The position numbers and the translations under genes are program-made. The notes beneath the pieces were generated by a model. The model had not been told where the DNA came from. It saw only the letters and a program-made list of their open reading frames with translations, and ran no database searches. A stretch of 60,021 nucleotides of DNA from Geobacteraceae bacterium. GTDB lineage: Bacteria > Desulfobacterota > Desulfuromonadia > Geobacterales > DSM-12255. The stretch is taken from assembly GCA_043725245.1 (NCBI GenBank), contig JAYSLX010000045.1:1-60021 (forward strand), in the 5' to 3' direction. Numbering within the stretch: the first letter of the stretch is position 1; each line of letters starts with the position of its first letter. Shown in pieces: positions 30,935 through 40,761 of the stretch.

Positions 30935-32239
30935 ATGCTGAAACTTTTCCCCCCCGCCGCACCCGATGTTGCCGGCATGGCTGCCCACCAACTTGCGGGC
31001 CTGCAGTGGACCGTGGCACACGCTTTTGCGAACTCACCCTTCTACCGTGAGCAACTGACTGCCGCCGGTCTCGCATCGGCTGACATCCGCTCCCTCGACG
31101 ATCTGCAGCGCCTCCCTTTTACCACTGCCGACGACCTGAGGGCCGGCTATCCCTTTCCTTTGCGGGCTGCACCCTTTGAGCAGCTGGTACGGGTGCACTC
31201 CTCCACCGGCACCACCGGCAAGCGGAAGATCCTCTGCTATACCCAGAAAGACATCGATGACTGGGCCGCCATGTTCGGTCGCTGTTACGAACTGGCAGGC
31301 GTTACCCGTGAAGATCGGGTGCAGATCTGCGTCGGCTATGGTCTCTGGACTGCCGGTGCCGGTTTTCAGATCGGCTGCGAGCGTTTCGGTGCCATGGCGA
31401 TACCGGTCGGGCCGGGGAACCTGGAGATGCAGGCCGGTTTCCTGGTGGATTTGCAGAGCACCGTGGTCTGCTGCACCGCCTCCATGGGGCTGCTACTGGC
31501 CGAAGAGGTGCATAAAGGGGGCTTACGAGACCAGATTGCCGTGCGCAAGGTAATCCTTGGTGCCGAACGCTCCAGCGCGGCGATGCTGACCAAGATCCGC
31601 GACGCCCTCGGCGCCGAATCGGTTCACGACATCACCGGCCTCACCGAACTCTACGGCCCCGGCATCGGCCTTGGCTGCAGCCACCCGGAGGCCAACGGCG
31701 CCATCCACTACTGGGCCGACTACTACATCCTGGAGATCATCGATCCCGAAACCCTGCAGCCGGTATCGCCGGGCGAGGTGGGGGAGATGGTGGTAACGAC
31801 CTTGTGCAAGGAGGGGGCGCCGCTCATTCGCTACCGCACCCGCGACCTCACCCGCCTGGTGCCGGGGGAGTGCCCCTGCGGCTGCACCCTGCCGCGCCAT
31901 GACCGGATTCTCGGCCGCTCCGACGACGTGGTCATTTTCCGCGGCGTCAACGTCTATCCGGGCCAGATCGACGAGCTGCTGGCCACCATCACCGGTCTGG
32001 GAAGCGAATTCCAGGTGCTGTTGGATCATCGCCCCGATGGCAAGGACTACATGACCATCCGGGTAGAGCGGGCCGAGGATACCCCTCCCACCGCCGACCC
32101 GCAGCTGGCCAAGGCCATCGGCTCCCTCATCAAGCACAAGCTGCTCGTCTCATGCGAAGTGGAGCTGCTCACTTACGGTGATCTCCCCCGATCCGAGCGG
32201 AAGACCCGGCGGATGTTCGACAACCGGCGGTTTGAATAA
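30935..32239 (+). CDS. paaK: phenylacetate/arylacetate-CoA ligase (PaaK family)
   Basis: HSSTGTTGK, GYGLWTAG, GLTELYGPG, RYRTRD and GRSDD..GVNVYP motifs. Confidence 0.92.
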   Translation: MLKLFPPAAPDVAGMAAHQLAGLQWTVAHAFANSPFYREQLTAAGLASADIRSLDDLQRLPFTTADDLRAGYPFPLRAAPFEQLVRVHSSTGTTGKRKILCYTQKDIDDWAAMFGRCYELAGVTREDRVQICVGYGLWTAGAGFQIGCERFGAMAIPVGPGNLEMQAGFLVDLQSTVVCCTASMGLLLAEEVHKGGLRDQIAVRKVILGAERSSAAMLTKIRDALGAESVHDITGLTELYGPGIGLGCSHPEANGAIHYWADYYILEIIDPETLQPVSPGEVGEMVVTTLCKEGAPLIRYRTRDLTRLVPGECPCGCTLPRHDRILGRSDDVVIFRGVNVYPGQIDELLATITGLGSEFQVLLDHRPDGKDYMTIRVERAEDTPPTADPQLAKAIGSLIKHKLLVSCEVELLTYGDLPRSERKTRRMFDNRRFE

Positions 32240-32290
32240 CGAGGATTTTGCGCATTACACCTCTGTATCAGGTAGCCCATCAAACGTGTT

Positions 32291-32322
32291 GACAATTGTC
32301 GCTACAGTATGCGACAATTGTC
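32291..32322. promoter_or_regulatory. perfect inverted-repeat operator upstream of the TA pair
   Basis: gacaattgtcgc-N8-gcgacaattgtc; each arm contains the palindrome gacaattgtc; overlaps TTGACA at 32289. Confidence 0.75.
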
Positions 32323-32347
32323 TTATATTTGTATGGGGAGGCAACAT

Positions 32348-32773
32348 ATGCACTCGACAGTAGTTGATAACGATATGATCGAAGCTTTCGGCATCGAGAC
32401 AATGGCCCCGATGGAGATGGTGCGAAAGGCGCGTACTGGCCTCGGAAAACGGGCAGCCGAGACGCTGGCGATAGCCATGAAGATCAGTATGGCGGATATC
32501 AGCAGATACCTGGATGTATCGCCTCGTACGCTGCAGAGAAAACGCGAGGGGGATGTTTTTTCTCCGGCTCAGTCCGACCACCTGTTGCAGATTGCCAAGG
32601 TCTTTCTTCGCTGCGAGGAGATTTACGAAGGACGGGAAGCGGCGCGGACATGGCTGCAACGAAAAAACCGGGCTCTCGGCGATATCCCGCCCGTTTCGCT
32701 GCTTGATACCTACAGCGGCATTGAGATGGTTATGGATGAGCTGGGCAGGCTTGAGCATGGAATCATTTCCTGA
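32348..32773 (+). CDS. antitoxin, Xre/MbcA/ParS family
   Basis: HTH (VSPRTLQR); C-terminal WL..NRALGDIPP.SLL.T..G...V..ELGRLEHG. Confidence 0.92.
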   Translation: MHSTVVDNDMIEAFGIETMAPMEMVRKARTGLGKRAAETLAIAMKISMADISRYLDVSPRTLQRKREGDVFSPAQSDHLLQIAKVFLRCEEIYEGREAARTWLQRKNRALGDIPPVSLLDTYSGIEMVMDELGRLEHGIIS

Positions 32774-33243
32774 TGCTGCTCTACCGGATTGGGCTGAAAA
32801 GATTTGCCGGGGTTTTATCCGGAGAAGGGGCAAGAATCCATGGGGGGAGATGGAACGCTAAAGGCGTTCCGGTTATATACACCTCAGACAGCATTGCCCT
32901 GGCGCTCCTGGAATATCTTGTTCATGCACAGGAGGACCTGCTGCCGCCAAGTGCCATGCTCACCACTATTCGGATACCGGAGCCGGTGAAGGTAGAAAGC
33001 GTGCATATGGGTAATCTGCCACCGGACTGGAACTCTCTCCCGTTTTCAGCAAGAACCACGGAGATCGGCGCAGAGTGGGTGGCACGAAAGGAAAGTCTGC
33101 TCCTGAGGGTCCCGTCAGTGATTGTGCCATTTCAGGAGCATGCCAACATGCTGATCAACCCGTTACATCCTGGTTTCAGTGGCGTTGTCGTGGAGAGGGT
33201 TGTTGCGCTACCTTTGGATGTGAGGCTGTTGAACGGGCGGTAG
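32773..33243 (+). CDS. RES-domain toxin (NAD+ phosphorylase type)
   Basis: LSGEGARIHGGRWN, YTSDSIALALLE, VPS and NMLINPLH motifs; TGATG coupling to the antitoxin. Confidence 0.93.
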   Translation: MLLYRIGLKRFAGVLSGEGARIHGGRWNAKGVPVIYTSDSIALALLEYLVHAQEDLLPPSAMLTTIRIPEPVKVESVHMGNLPPDWNSLPFSARTTEIGAEWVARKESLLLRVPSVIVPFQEHANMLINPLHPGFSGVVVERVVALPLDVRLLNGR

Positions 33244-33352
33244 GAAGTTATCTGAATGCTACTCATCCTTGAAATGTCATCCCGGATATTCTGTAAATGC
33301 AGGTTTTAGTTTTTGTTTGTGTTGAAAATGCTTTTACCATAGGAGGTTCACC

Positions 33353-34390
33353 ATGAAACTACACACCCTGTTCCTCTCCCTCGTCACCCTGCTGGTCGCC
33401 CTGGTGGGCGCCGCCAGTGCCGAAATCACCCTCACCTACGCCAACTTCCCGCCGGCGGTTACCTTTCCGGCTGTCCAGATGGAGCGCTGGGCCAAGGAGA
33501 TGGAGAAGCGGACGGGTGGTAAGGTTAAGGTCAAGACCTTTCCCGGCGGGACGCTCCTGGGCGCCAAGAACATGCTGGAGGGGGTTACCGCGGGCAGTGC
33601 CGACATCGGCAACTTTGCCATGAGCTACCAGCCGGGCCGCTTCCCGGTCTCCGAGGCGGTGGACCTTTACCATGGCTTTACCTCGGCCACGGTCGCCAGC
33701 CAGGTGCTCTTTGACTTGGTGCAGAAGTATCAGCCCAAGGAGTTCGAGAAGGTCAAGATTGTCACCCTGTTCACCTGCCCCCCTACCAATATCATGACCG
33801 CCAAGCCTGTCAGGTCCCTGAAAGACCTGAAGGGGACTGAGCTGCGCGTAGCCGGCACCAGCGCCGACGTACTCAAGCGTCTGGGGGGGGTGCCGGTGGC
33901 CATGCCGCAGTCTGAGACGCCGGAGGCGATCCAGAAGGGGGTAGTGAAGGGGATGATCTCCTCCATGGAGATCCTCCAGGACTTCAAATTTGCTGCCTAT
34001 ACCCCCAATGCCACGGTGGTCAACCTGCCGGTGGTCTCCTTTGCCGTGGTGATGAACAAGGCCAAGTGGGACAGTCTGCCTGCCGACGTGAAAAAGGTGA
34101 TCGACGACCTGGCTCGCGAGCAGGCGGTCTGGACCGGCGAGTATGTGGACAAGCATGTGCAGGAGGCACTGGCCTGGTCGGCAAAAGAGTACAAGTTGCA
34201 GCAGTTCACCCTTTCGGCTGCCGAGCAGAAGCAGGTAGCGGCACTTCTTGCGCCCATGACCGACGACTACATCAGGAAAGTTGCGGCTCAGGGGCTGAAT
34301 GGCAAGCAGATCGTTGCTGACGTGCAGGCCCTGAAGGCTAAGTACGAGAAGCCGGCCAAGGCTGCGAAGCCGATGAAAAAAATGAAATAA
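33353..34390 (+). CDS. dctP: TRAP transporter substrate-binding protein
   Basis: signal peptide; FPGGTL, DLKGTELRV, LGGVPVAMP and MNKAKWDSLP motifs. Confidence 0.92.
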   Translation: MKLHTLFLSLVTLLVALVGAASAEITLTYANFPPAVTFPAVQMERWAKEMEKRTGGKVKVKTFPGGTLLGAKNMLEGVTAGSADIGNFAMSYQPGRFPVSEAVDLYHGFTSATVASQVLFDLVQKYQPKEFEKVKIVTLFTCPPTNIMTAKPVRSLKDLKGTELRVAGTSADVLKRLGGVPVAMPQSETPEAIQKGVVKGMISSMEILQDFKFAAYTPNATVVNLPVVSFAVVMNKAKWDSLPADVKKVIDDLAREQAVWTGEYVDKHVQEALAWSAKEYKLQQFTLSAAEQKQVAALLAPMTDDYIRKVAAQGLNGKQIVADVQALKAKYEKPAKAAKPMKKMK

Positions 34391-34408
34391 GCCGGCAAAG
34401 GGACTTTC

Positions 34409-34891
34409 ATGGACCTCTTAGTCAGTTATCTCTCCCGCTTCTGCATGATCATCGGCGGTATCGCCCTGCTGCTGCTGGTGCTGCTGGCCACCGGCAACGT
34501 CACCATGCGTCTGTTCGCTATTCCTTTTGCCGGAACCTACGAGGTCGTCTCCTTCCTCGGCGCCCTGGTGACCGCCGGTGCCCTGGCCCATACCCAGCGC
34601 CGCCGGGATCACATTATGGTGGATATCCTGACCGACCGTTTCCCGCCGCTGGTGAAACGGCTGCTGGATGCGGTGAGCGATGCTCTGGCCGCCCTGCTGT
34701 TCGGCATTGCGTCGTGGCAGATCTATGCCTGGGGGAACAAACTGCGGGAGAGCGGGGAGCTGTCCGAGACCCTGCAGCTCAAGTTTTACCCTTTTGTCTA
34801 TGCCACGTCGGCCGGCTTTGCCCTGCTGACTCTGGTGCTGGTGATGCAGATGTTTCGGGCGATTTTACGTAAAAGTGAGGAGAAGGCATGA
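34409..34891 (+). CDS. dctQ: TRAP transporter small permease
   Basis: four TM segments; HIMVDIL motif. Confidence 0.9.
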   Translation: MDLLVSYLSRFCMIIGGIALLLLVLLATGNVTMRLFAIPFAGTYEVVSFLGALVTAGALAHTQRRRDHIMVDILTDRFPPLVKRLLDAVSDALAALLFGIASWQIYAWGNKLRESGELSETLQLKFYPFVYATSAGFALLTLVLVMQMFRAILRKSEEKA

Positions 34892-36192
34892 CCGGACCGA
34901 TAATGGGAGTAACCGGCATTGCCGCCATGCTTCTGCTGCTCTTTTTCCTGCGGATTCCTGCTGCCTTTGTCATGATGCTGGTGGGGTTCTTCGGCTTTGC
35001 GGCGGTCACGTCGTTTGATGCCGCCTGCTCCATGCTGGGGAGCGAACTCTGGGGAAGTTTTTCCAACTACGGTCTGACGGTCATCCCGCTCTTTATTTTC
35101 GTTGGCGAGATAGTTCACTATGCCGGCTACAACAACGGCCTCTATTTCGCCACCTACAAGTGGTTCGGCCATCGGCGCGGCGGGCTGGCCATGACCACCA
35201 TCATGGCCTCGGCGGCATTTTCTGCTATCAGCGGCTCCAACACCGCCACTGCAGCCACCATGAGCGCTGTGGCTATCCCGGCGATGAAGGAGTACGGGTA
35301 CCACCCGCTCCTGAACGCCGGTTCGGTCTGCGCCGGCGCCACCCTCGGCGTTCTGATCCCGCCGAGCATCGTTCTCGTCGTCTACGGTCTGTATACCGGC
35401 CAATCCATCGGTAAGCTCTTTTTCGGCAACATCATCCCCAGTGCCATCCTGACTCTGTTGATCCTGGCTACGGTAGTGGTCATCTGCTGGCGCCACCCCG
35501 ACTGGGGGCCGGCCGGACCGAAGAGTTCGTGGAAAGAGCGTTTCCAGGCGCTTCCCGAGGCCATCGACATCCTTGTGCTCTTTGGCATCATCATGTACGC
35601 CCTGTTCACCGGCGTGGTTACCGCCACTGAGGCGGCGGCGGTCTCCTGCTTCCTCGCCCTTGTCATCTGCGGGGTGCGGCGCAAGCTGACCTGGCAGAAA
35701 CTCGGCGGCGCCTTTGTCGACACCCTGCGCATCTCCTGCATGGTGTTCATGATCGTTGCCGGGGCGCTGATCTTCGCCAAGTTCCTCACCGTCACCCGGC
35801 TGCCGGCCGAGACCGCGGAGTGGATCGGCACTCTGCAGCTCCCTCGCTGGATGGTGCTCTGGATGATTCTCATCTGCTACATCATCGGCGGTTGCATCAT
35901 GGATGCCCTGGCCTTTCTGCTGGTGTCGCTCCCCATTTTCTACCCGCTGGTGACTCAACTGGGCTACGACCCGATCTGGTTCGGCCAGGTGATCACCATC
36001 GTCACCACCATGGGCTCCATCATGCCTCCCATCGGCATCTGCTGCTACGTGGTGTCCGGGATGTCCGGCATACCGCTCGGGACGGTCTTCCGCAGTGGGC
36101 TCTATTACATGCCGTCATATATATTCTCCATAATCGTGCTTATGGTGTCGCCTTACTGGACCGTGCTCTGTCTCTCTGATCTCGTAAAATAG
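34888..36192 (+). CDS. dctM: TRAP transporter large permease
   Basis: IPLFI, AISGS, GATLGVLIPPS, TATEAAA and PPIG motifs. Confidence 0.93.
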   Translation: MTGPIMGVTGIAAMLLLLFFLRIPAAFVMMLVGFFGFAAVTSFDAACSMLGSELWGSFSNYGLTVIPLFIFVGEIVHYAGYNNGLYFATYKWFGHRRGGLAMTTIMASAAFSAISGSNTATAATMSAVAIPAMKEYGYHPLLNAGSVCAGATLGVLIPPSIVLVVYGLYTGQSIGKLFFGNIIPSAILTLLILATVVVICWRHPDWGPAGPKSSWKERFQALPEAIDILVLFGIIMYALFTGVVTATEAAAVSCFLALVICGVRRKLTWQKLGGAFVDTLRISCMVFMIVAGALIFAKFLTVTRLPAETAEWIGTLQLPRWMVLWMILICYIIGGCIMDALAFLLVSLPIFYPLVTQLGYDPIWFGQVITIVTTMGSIMPPIGICCYVVSGMSGIPLGTVFRSGLYYMPSYIFSIIVLMVSPYWTVLCLSDLVK

Positions 36193-36341
36193 GCTGAGTG
36201 CACTCTTCTTCATTCATGTTCCATTCCAATTGTGGATTATGATATAAACTCACTACCTGGATGTTTCAGTCGATGTGGGAATCAATGAAAATTGTGAGTA
36301 TCAACTGTTTTGATCCTAATAATCAATAGGTTACTTGTGTT

Positions 36342-36911
36342 ATGCTCCTGATGATCGACAACTACGATTCCTTTACCTACAACATTGTCCAGTATTTCGG
36401 CGAGCTGGGCGAAGATGTTCATGTGTACCGCAACGACCGGATCACCCTTGAAGAGATAGACCGCCTCCAGCCACGTAGACTGGTGATCTCGCCGGGCCCG
36501 TGCTCCCCTGAAGAGGCAGGGATCTCGGTTGCTGCAATCAGCCGTTTTGCAGGAAAGATCCCTCTGCTCGGAGTCTGCCTTGGCCACCAGTCGATCGGCG
36601 CGGCCTTTGGCGGTCGAATCGTACGAAGCGCGACGCTCATGCACGGCAAGACCTCGCCTATCCACCATAACGGTCAGGGCCTGTTCAATGGGCTTCCCAG
36701 CCCGTTTAACGCCACCCGCTACCACTCTCTGGTTGTTGAGCGGTCAACCTTTCCTGACTGCCTTGAGGTCACCGCCTGGGTTGAAGAGGGGGAGATCATG
36801 GGACTGCGGCACCGCGAGCTGCCGGTCTGGGGGGTACAGTTCCATCCGGAGTCGATCTTGACAGAGGGTGGGATGAGTATCCTTGAAAATTTTCTGGAGA
36901 TGACGACATGA
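36342..36911 (+). CDS. trpG: anthranilate synthase component II (glutamine amidotransferase)
   Basis: [26 protein letters not shown] and QFHPES motifs. Confidence 0.96.
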   Translation: MLLMIDNYDSFTYNIVQYFGELGEDVHVYRNDRITLEEIDRLQPRRLVISPGPCSPEEAGISVAAISRFAGKIPLLGVCLGHQSIGAAFGGRIVRSATLMHGKTSPIHHNGQGLFNGLPSPFNATRYHSLVVERSTFPDCLEVTAWVEEGEIMGLRHRELPVWGVQFHPESILTEGGMSILENFLEMTT

Positions 36912-37966
36912 TCAAGCAGGCAATCGCAAAAATTGTGGAACGACAGGACCTCTCGGAAGGCGAAATGATCGAGGTCATGGACCAGATCATGTCCGGCGGT
37001 GCCACCCCTGCTCAGATAGGCTCTTTCATTACAGCCCTCAGGATGAAGGGTGAAACGGTGGATGAGATCACCGGTGCGGCGAGGGTTATGCGCGAGCGAG
37101 TCACACCGATCCGTGTCGGTAAAGGGGTTCTGGATATAGACAGGGACGAGATCAATGTTGATATGGAAACCATTCTGGATGTTGTCGGCACAGGCGGGGA
37201 TGGCACCAATACCTTTAATGTTTCCACCACCGTTGCATTTGTTGTCTCGGCCTGCGGGGTCAAGGTGGCCAAGCATGGTAACCGCTCGGTATCTTCCCTT
37301 TGCGGAAGCGCAGATGTCCTTGAGGCCATGGGGGTAAACCTTGACGTTACTCCTGAGACCGTAGAGCGCTGTATTACCGAAATCGGGATAGGTTTTCTCT
37401 TTGCTCCAGCCCTGCATGGTGCCATGAAGCACGCCATAGGTCCACGCCGCGAGATCGGCATACGAACCATTTTCAATATCCTCGGTCCGCTGACCAACCC
37501 GGCCAGCGCCGATTGTCAGGTTATGGGGGTCTACAGTGACGATCTTGTGGATAAGCTGGCCGGTGTGCTCCACCGTCTTGGCTGTCGGAGGGGGTTCGTG
37601 GTGCATGGTCGCGACGGGATGGATGAGATCACCCTGACCTCGGAAACCAGGGTTGCAGAGGTAACACCTGCCGGTGTTTCCATCTACGTTATCAGCCCTG
37701 AAGAGCTCGGTCTGACCCGTTGCACCATGGAGTCCCTGCGTGGAGGCGATGCCAGGGGGAATGCCGGAATCGTGAAAAGTGTGCTCGAAGGTGAGCAGGG
37801 ACCGCGGCGCGACATTGTGCTGCTTAATGCCGCCTATGGTCTGGTGGCGGCCGGCAAGGCGTTGAATCCGGCGGAGGGGCTTGTTTTGGCAGCCGGCGCC
37901 ATTAATTCGGGCGCTGCACGAGATCAGCTGGCTAAACTTGCCAAGCTCACCAATGAGGTACAATAA
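36908..37966 (+). CDS. trpD: anthranilate phosphoribosyltransferase
   Basis: GTGGDG..FNVST, KHGNRS and [10 protein letters not shown] motifs. Confidence 0.98.
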   Translation: MIKQAIAKIVERQDLSEGEMIEVMDQIMSGGATPAQIGSFITALRMKGETVDEITGAARVMRERVTPIRVGKGVLDIDRDEINVDMETILDVVGTGGDGTNTFNVSTTVAFVVSACGVKVAKHGNRSVSSLCGSADVLEAMGVNLDVTPETVERCITEIGIGFLFAPALHGAMKHAIGPRREIGIRTIFNILGPLTNPASADCQVMGVYSDDLVDKLAGVLHRLGCRRGFVVHGRDGMDEITLTSETRVAEVTPAGVSIYVISPEELGLTRCTMESLRGGDARGNAGIVKSVLEGEQGPRRDIVLLNAAYGLVAAGKALNPAEGLVLAAGAINSGAARDQLAKLAKLTNEVQ

Positions 37967-37970
37967 TCCA

Positions 37971-38771
37971 ATGGCCGACACCCCAGACATACTGAAGAAA
38001 ATCGTTGCTTACAAGCGTGAAGAGGTAGCGACTGCCAGGTCGGCGCGGCCTCTTTCAGAACTCAAGGCCCACCTGTCAGACCGTGAGGACCAGCCTCGAG
38101 GCTTTCTAAGGGCATTGCAGGATGCAGAGGCATCCAAATGGACGCCGATCATCGCAGAAGTGAAGAAGGGTTCTCCCAGCAAGGGGATCATCCGTCCGGA
38201 TTTTGACCCGCTTGATATCGCCTCAACTTATCAGGACAACGGTGTTACCTGCATCTCGGTTCTTACCGATGAAAAATTCTTTCTCGGCCATCTCCGGTAT
38301 ATCGCCCTGATCCGCGAACAGGTGGGGCTTCCTCTGTTGCGCAAGGATTTCCTGTTCGACCCTTATCAGCTCTATGAGGCATCGGTTGCTGGAGCGGATG
38401 CCGTGCTGCTCATCGCCGCGATGCTTGAGCTGAACCAGCTTCGCGATCTGGCAGCCCTCGCAGGCGAGCTGCAGCTTGACGTCCTTCTGGAGGTCCATGA
38501 TGAGCGGGAAATCGAGGTAGCCATGCAGAGCGACTGCACCCTGATCGGGATCAATAACAGGAGTCTGCACACCTTTGTCACCGACCTCTCCACAACGGAA
38601 CGCCTTGCGCCAAGGATTCCTGACAATTGTTTTGTGGTGGCAGAAAGTGGAATCAACAGCAGGGCAGACATCGAACGCCTGCTAAGGGCCGGAGCAAAGG
38701 GTTTCCTGATCGGGGAGTCGCTGATGCGGGAAGCAGATATAGGGGCGAAACTTCAGGAACTTCTGGGATAA
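37971..38771 (+). CDS. trpC: indole-3-glycerol phosphate synthase
   Basis: IAEVKKGSPSKG, LRKDF, GINNR, AESGI and LIGESLM motifs. Confidence 0.98.
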   Translation: MADTPDILKKIVAYKREEVATARSARPLSELKAHLSDREDQPRGFLRALQDAEASKWTPIIAEVKKGSPSKGIIRPDFDPLDIASTYQDNGVTCISVLTDEKFFLGHLRYIALIREQVGLPLLRKDFLFDPYQLYEASVAGADAVLLIAAMLELNQLRDLAALAGELQLDVLLEVHDEREIEVAMQSDCTLIGINNRSLHTFVTDLSTTERLAPRIPDNCFVVAESGINSRADIERLLRAGAKGFLIGESLMREADIGAKLQELLG

Positions 38772-38789
38772 ATCCATCTGGAGCGATCA

Positions 38790-40145
38790 ATGAATACAAA
38801 AATTCTTTTGTCAGAAGACCGTATTCCGAAGCAGTGGTACAACATAATCCCCGACATGCCGGGCCCGCTGCATCCGGTCATCAATCCTCGGACACTGCAG
38901 CCGGTCACGCCTGAAGACATGCTGGCCATCTTCCCGCCTGCACTGCTGGAGCAGGAGATGTCCTCGCAGCGATGGATCGATATCCCCGGCGAGGTCAGGG
39001 ACATTCTTCGTCTCTGGCGCCCGGCTCCGCTCTACCGGGCACGACGCCTTGAGCAGGCACTCGGCACCCCGGCCAAGATCTACTACAAGTATGAAGGGGT
39101 CTCCCCGGCAGGTTCGCACAAGCCTAATACCGCCATTCCCCAGGCATACTACAACAAGCTCCACGGCATCCGCCGGTTGGCAACAGAGACCGGAGCCGGC
39201 CAGTGGGGGAGCTCCCTTGCGCTTGCCTGCTCCATGTTCGGCCTGGAGTGCACCATCTACATGGTCAAGGTCTCCTGCTACCAGAAGCCGTACCGCAAAA
39301 GCATGATGCAGCTCTGGGGTGCGGAGGTGATACCGTCGCCGTCCGAGATGACAAATTCGGGACGCTCCATACTGGCACACGATCCGGATTGTCCGGGGAG
39401 CCTCGGCATAGCCATCTCCGAGGCGGTCGAGGATGCGGCGACCCACAGCGATACCAACTATGCCCTTGGGAGCGTGCTGAATCACGTCTGCCTCCACCAG
39501 ACGGTCATCGGCCTGGAGGCCAAGGAGCAGATGGCCATTGCCGGAGATTACCCGGACGTGGTTATCGCCTGCTGCGGCGGAGGCTCGAACTTTGCCGGTA
39601 TCGCCTTCCCCTTTCTTGCCGACAAGGCAGCCGGGAAGAAACTTCGCTGTCTCGCAGTGGAGCCCTCCTCATGTCCGACGCTGACAAAAGGGGTCTATGC
39701 CTTTGACTACGGCGATACTGCCCAGGTAGCACCCATTGCAATGATGTACACTCTGGGCCATGATTTCATTCCTCCCGGCATCCACGCGGGCGGACTCCGT
39801 TATCATGGCGAATCCCCGCTTGTCTCGCAGCTTCACCACGCAGGCCTGATCGAAGCGAAGAGCTACCGCCAGAATGCCTGCTTCGAAGGGGCGCTCCTTT
39901 TTGCCAGGAGCGAGGGGATCGTCCCTGCACCCGAGTCTTCCCACGCTGTTCGGGCCGCTATTGACGAGGCGGTACTGGCCAAGGAAGAGGGGAAGGAGAA
40001 GACCATCCTCTTCTGTCTTTCAGGGCACGGTCAGCTGGACATGGGGGCCTACGATGCCTATCTCTCCGGGAACCTGGAGGATTACGAGTATCCTGACGAG
40101 ATGGTGAAGAAGGCTCTGGAACGTCTTCCGAAGATCTCTCTCTGA
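38790..40145 (+). CDS. trpB2: TrpB2-type tryptophan synthase beta / indole-salvage enzyme
   Basis: [34 protein letters not shown] and LSGHG motifs. Confidence 0.95.
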   Translation: MNTKILLSEDRIPKQWYNIIPDMPGPLHPVINPRTLQPVTPEDMLAIFPPALLEQEMSSQRWIDIPGEVRDILRLWRPAPLYRARRLEQALGTPAKIYYKYEGVSPAGSHKPNTAIPQAYYNKLHGIRRLATETGAGQWGSSLALACSMFGLECTIYMVKVSCYQKPYRKSMMQLWGAEVIPSPSEMTNSGRSILAHDPDCPGSLGIAISEAVEDAATHSDTNYALGSVLNHVCLHQTVIGLEAKEQMAIAGDYPDVVIACCGGGSNFAGIAFPFLADKAAGKKLRCLAVEPSSCPTLTKGVYAFDYGDTAQVAPIAMMYTLGHDFIPPGIHAGGLRYHGESPLVSQLHHAGLIEAKSYRQNACFEGALLFARSEGIVPAPESSHAVRAAIDEAVLAKEEGKEKTILFCLSGHGQLDMGAYDAYLSGNLEDYEYPDEMVKKALERLPKISL

Positions 40146-40146
40146 C

Positions 40147-40758
40147 ATGGTACGGGTCAAGATCTGCGGCATAACGACAGTTGACGATGCACTCATGGCT
40201 GTGGAGGCGGGTGCAGATGCCCTCGGTTTTGTCTTTTACGAGAAATCTCCCCGGGCAGTATCTCCCCAGAAGGGGGCGGCCATTATTGCCAAGCTGCCGC
40301 CGTTTGTCCAGACGGTCGGGCTCTTTGTGGATGCCGAGCCTGAGAGGATCAACTGGGTTGCCGATTTCTGTGGTCTGGACCTGATCCAGCTTCATGGGGA
40401 CGAGGAGCCGGAGATCTGCGGAGATATCCGGCGGCGGATCATCAAGGCGTTCCGGATAAAAGATGCGGCCAGCCTTTCTTCCCTTTCCAGGTATCAGGTT
40501 GCAGGATATCTGCTGGATGCGTGGTCGCCCAGTGCATACGGTGGGACAGGGCAGACCTTTGACTGGAGTCTGGCAGCTCAAGCGAGAACGTTCGGACCGC
40601 TGATCCTCGCCGGAGGGTTGGCCCCAGAAAACGTCAGGCAGGCCATCGATCAGATCAGCCCTTACGGAGTGGACGTCTCAAGCGGGGTGGAGGCGGCGCC
40701 GGGGCAGAAAGACCCGCAGAAGGTGCGGGAGTTTATCAGACAGGCAAAAGGGTGGTAA
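40147..40758 (+). CDS. trpF: phosphoribosylanthranilate isomerase
   Basis: VKICGIT, QLHGDE, GGTGQTFDW, LAGGL and DVSSGVE motifs. Confidence 0.98.
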   Translation: MVRVKICGITTVDDALMAVEAGADALGFVFYEKSPRAVSPQKGAAIIAKLPPFVQTVGLFVDAEPERINWVADFCGLDLIQLHGDEEPEICGDIRRRIIKAFRIKDAASLSSLSRYQVAGYLLDAWSPSAYGGTGQTFDWSLAAQARTFGPLILAGGLAPENVRQAIDQISPYGVDVSSGVEAAPGQKDPQKVREFIRQAKGW

Positions 40759-40761
40759 TAC

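Larger units (their letters stand above)
28366..36357. mobile_element. ~8 kb inserted island in the trp operon bounded by the 14-bp direct repeat gctcctgatgatcg (28366-28379 and 36344-36357)
   Basis: the repeat equals nt 3-16 of trpG; the left copy sits right after the trpE stop; no integrase inside. Confidence 0.6.

Noticed and set aside
36196-36205. Palindrome gagtgcactc resembling CIRCE half-sites
   Set aside because: It lacks the TTAGCACTC-N9-GAGTGCTAA spacing and is not upstream of a heat-shock gene
28914-37990. Several long antisense ORFs (354, 385, 386 and 423 aa)
   Set aside because: They lie opposite well-supported GC-rich genes (iorAB, dctM, trpD)
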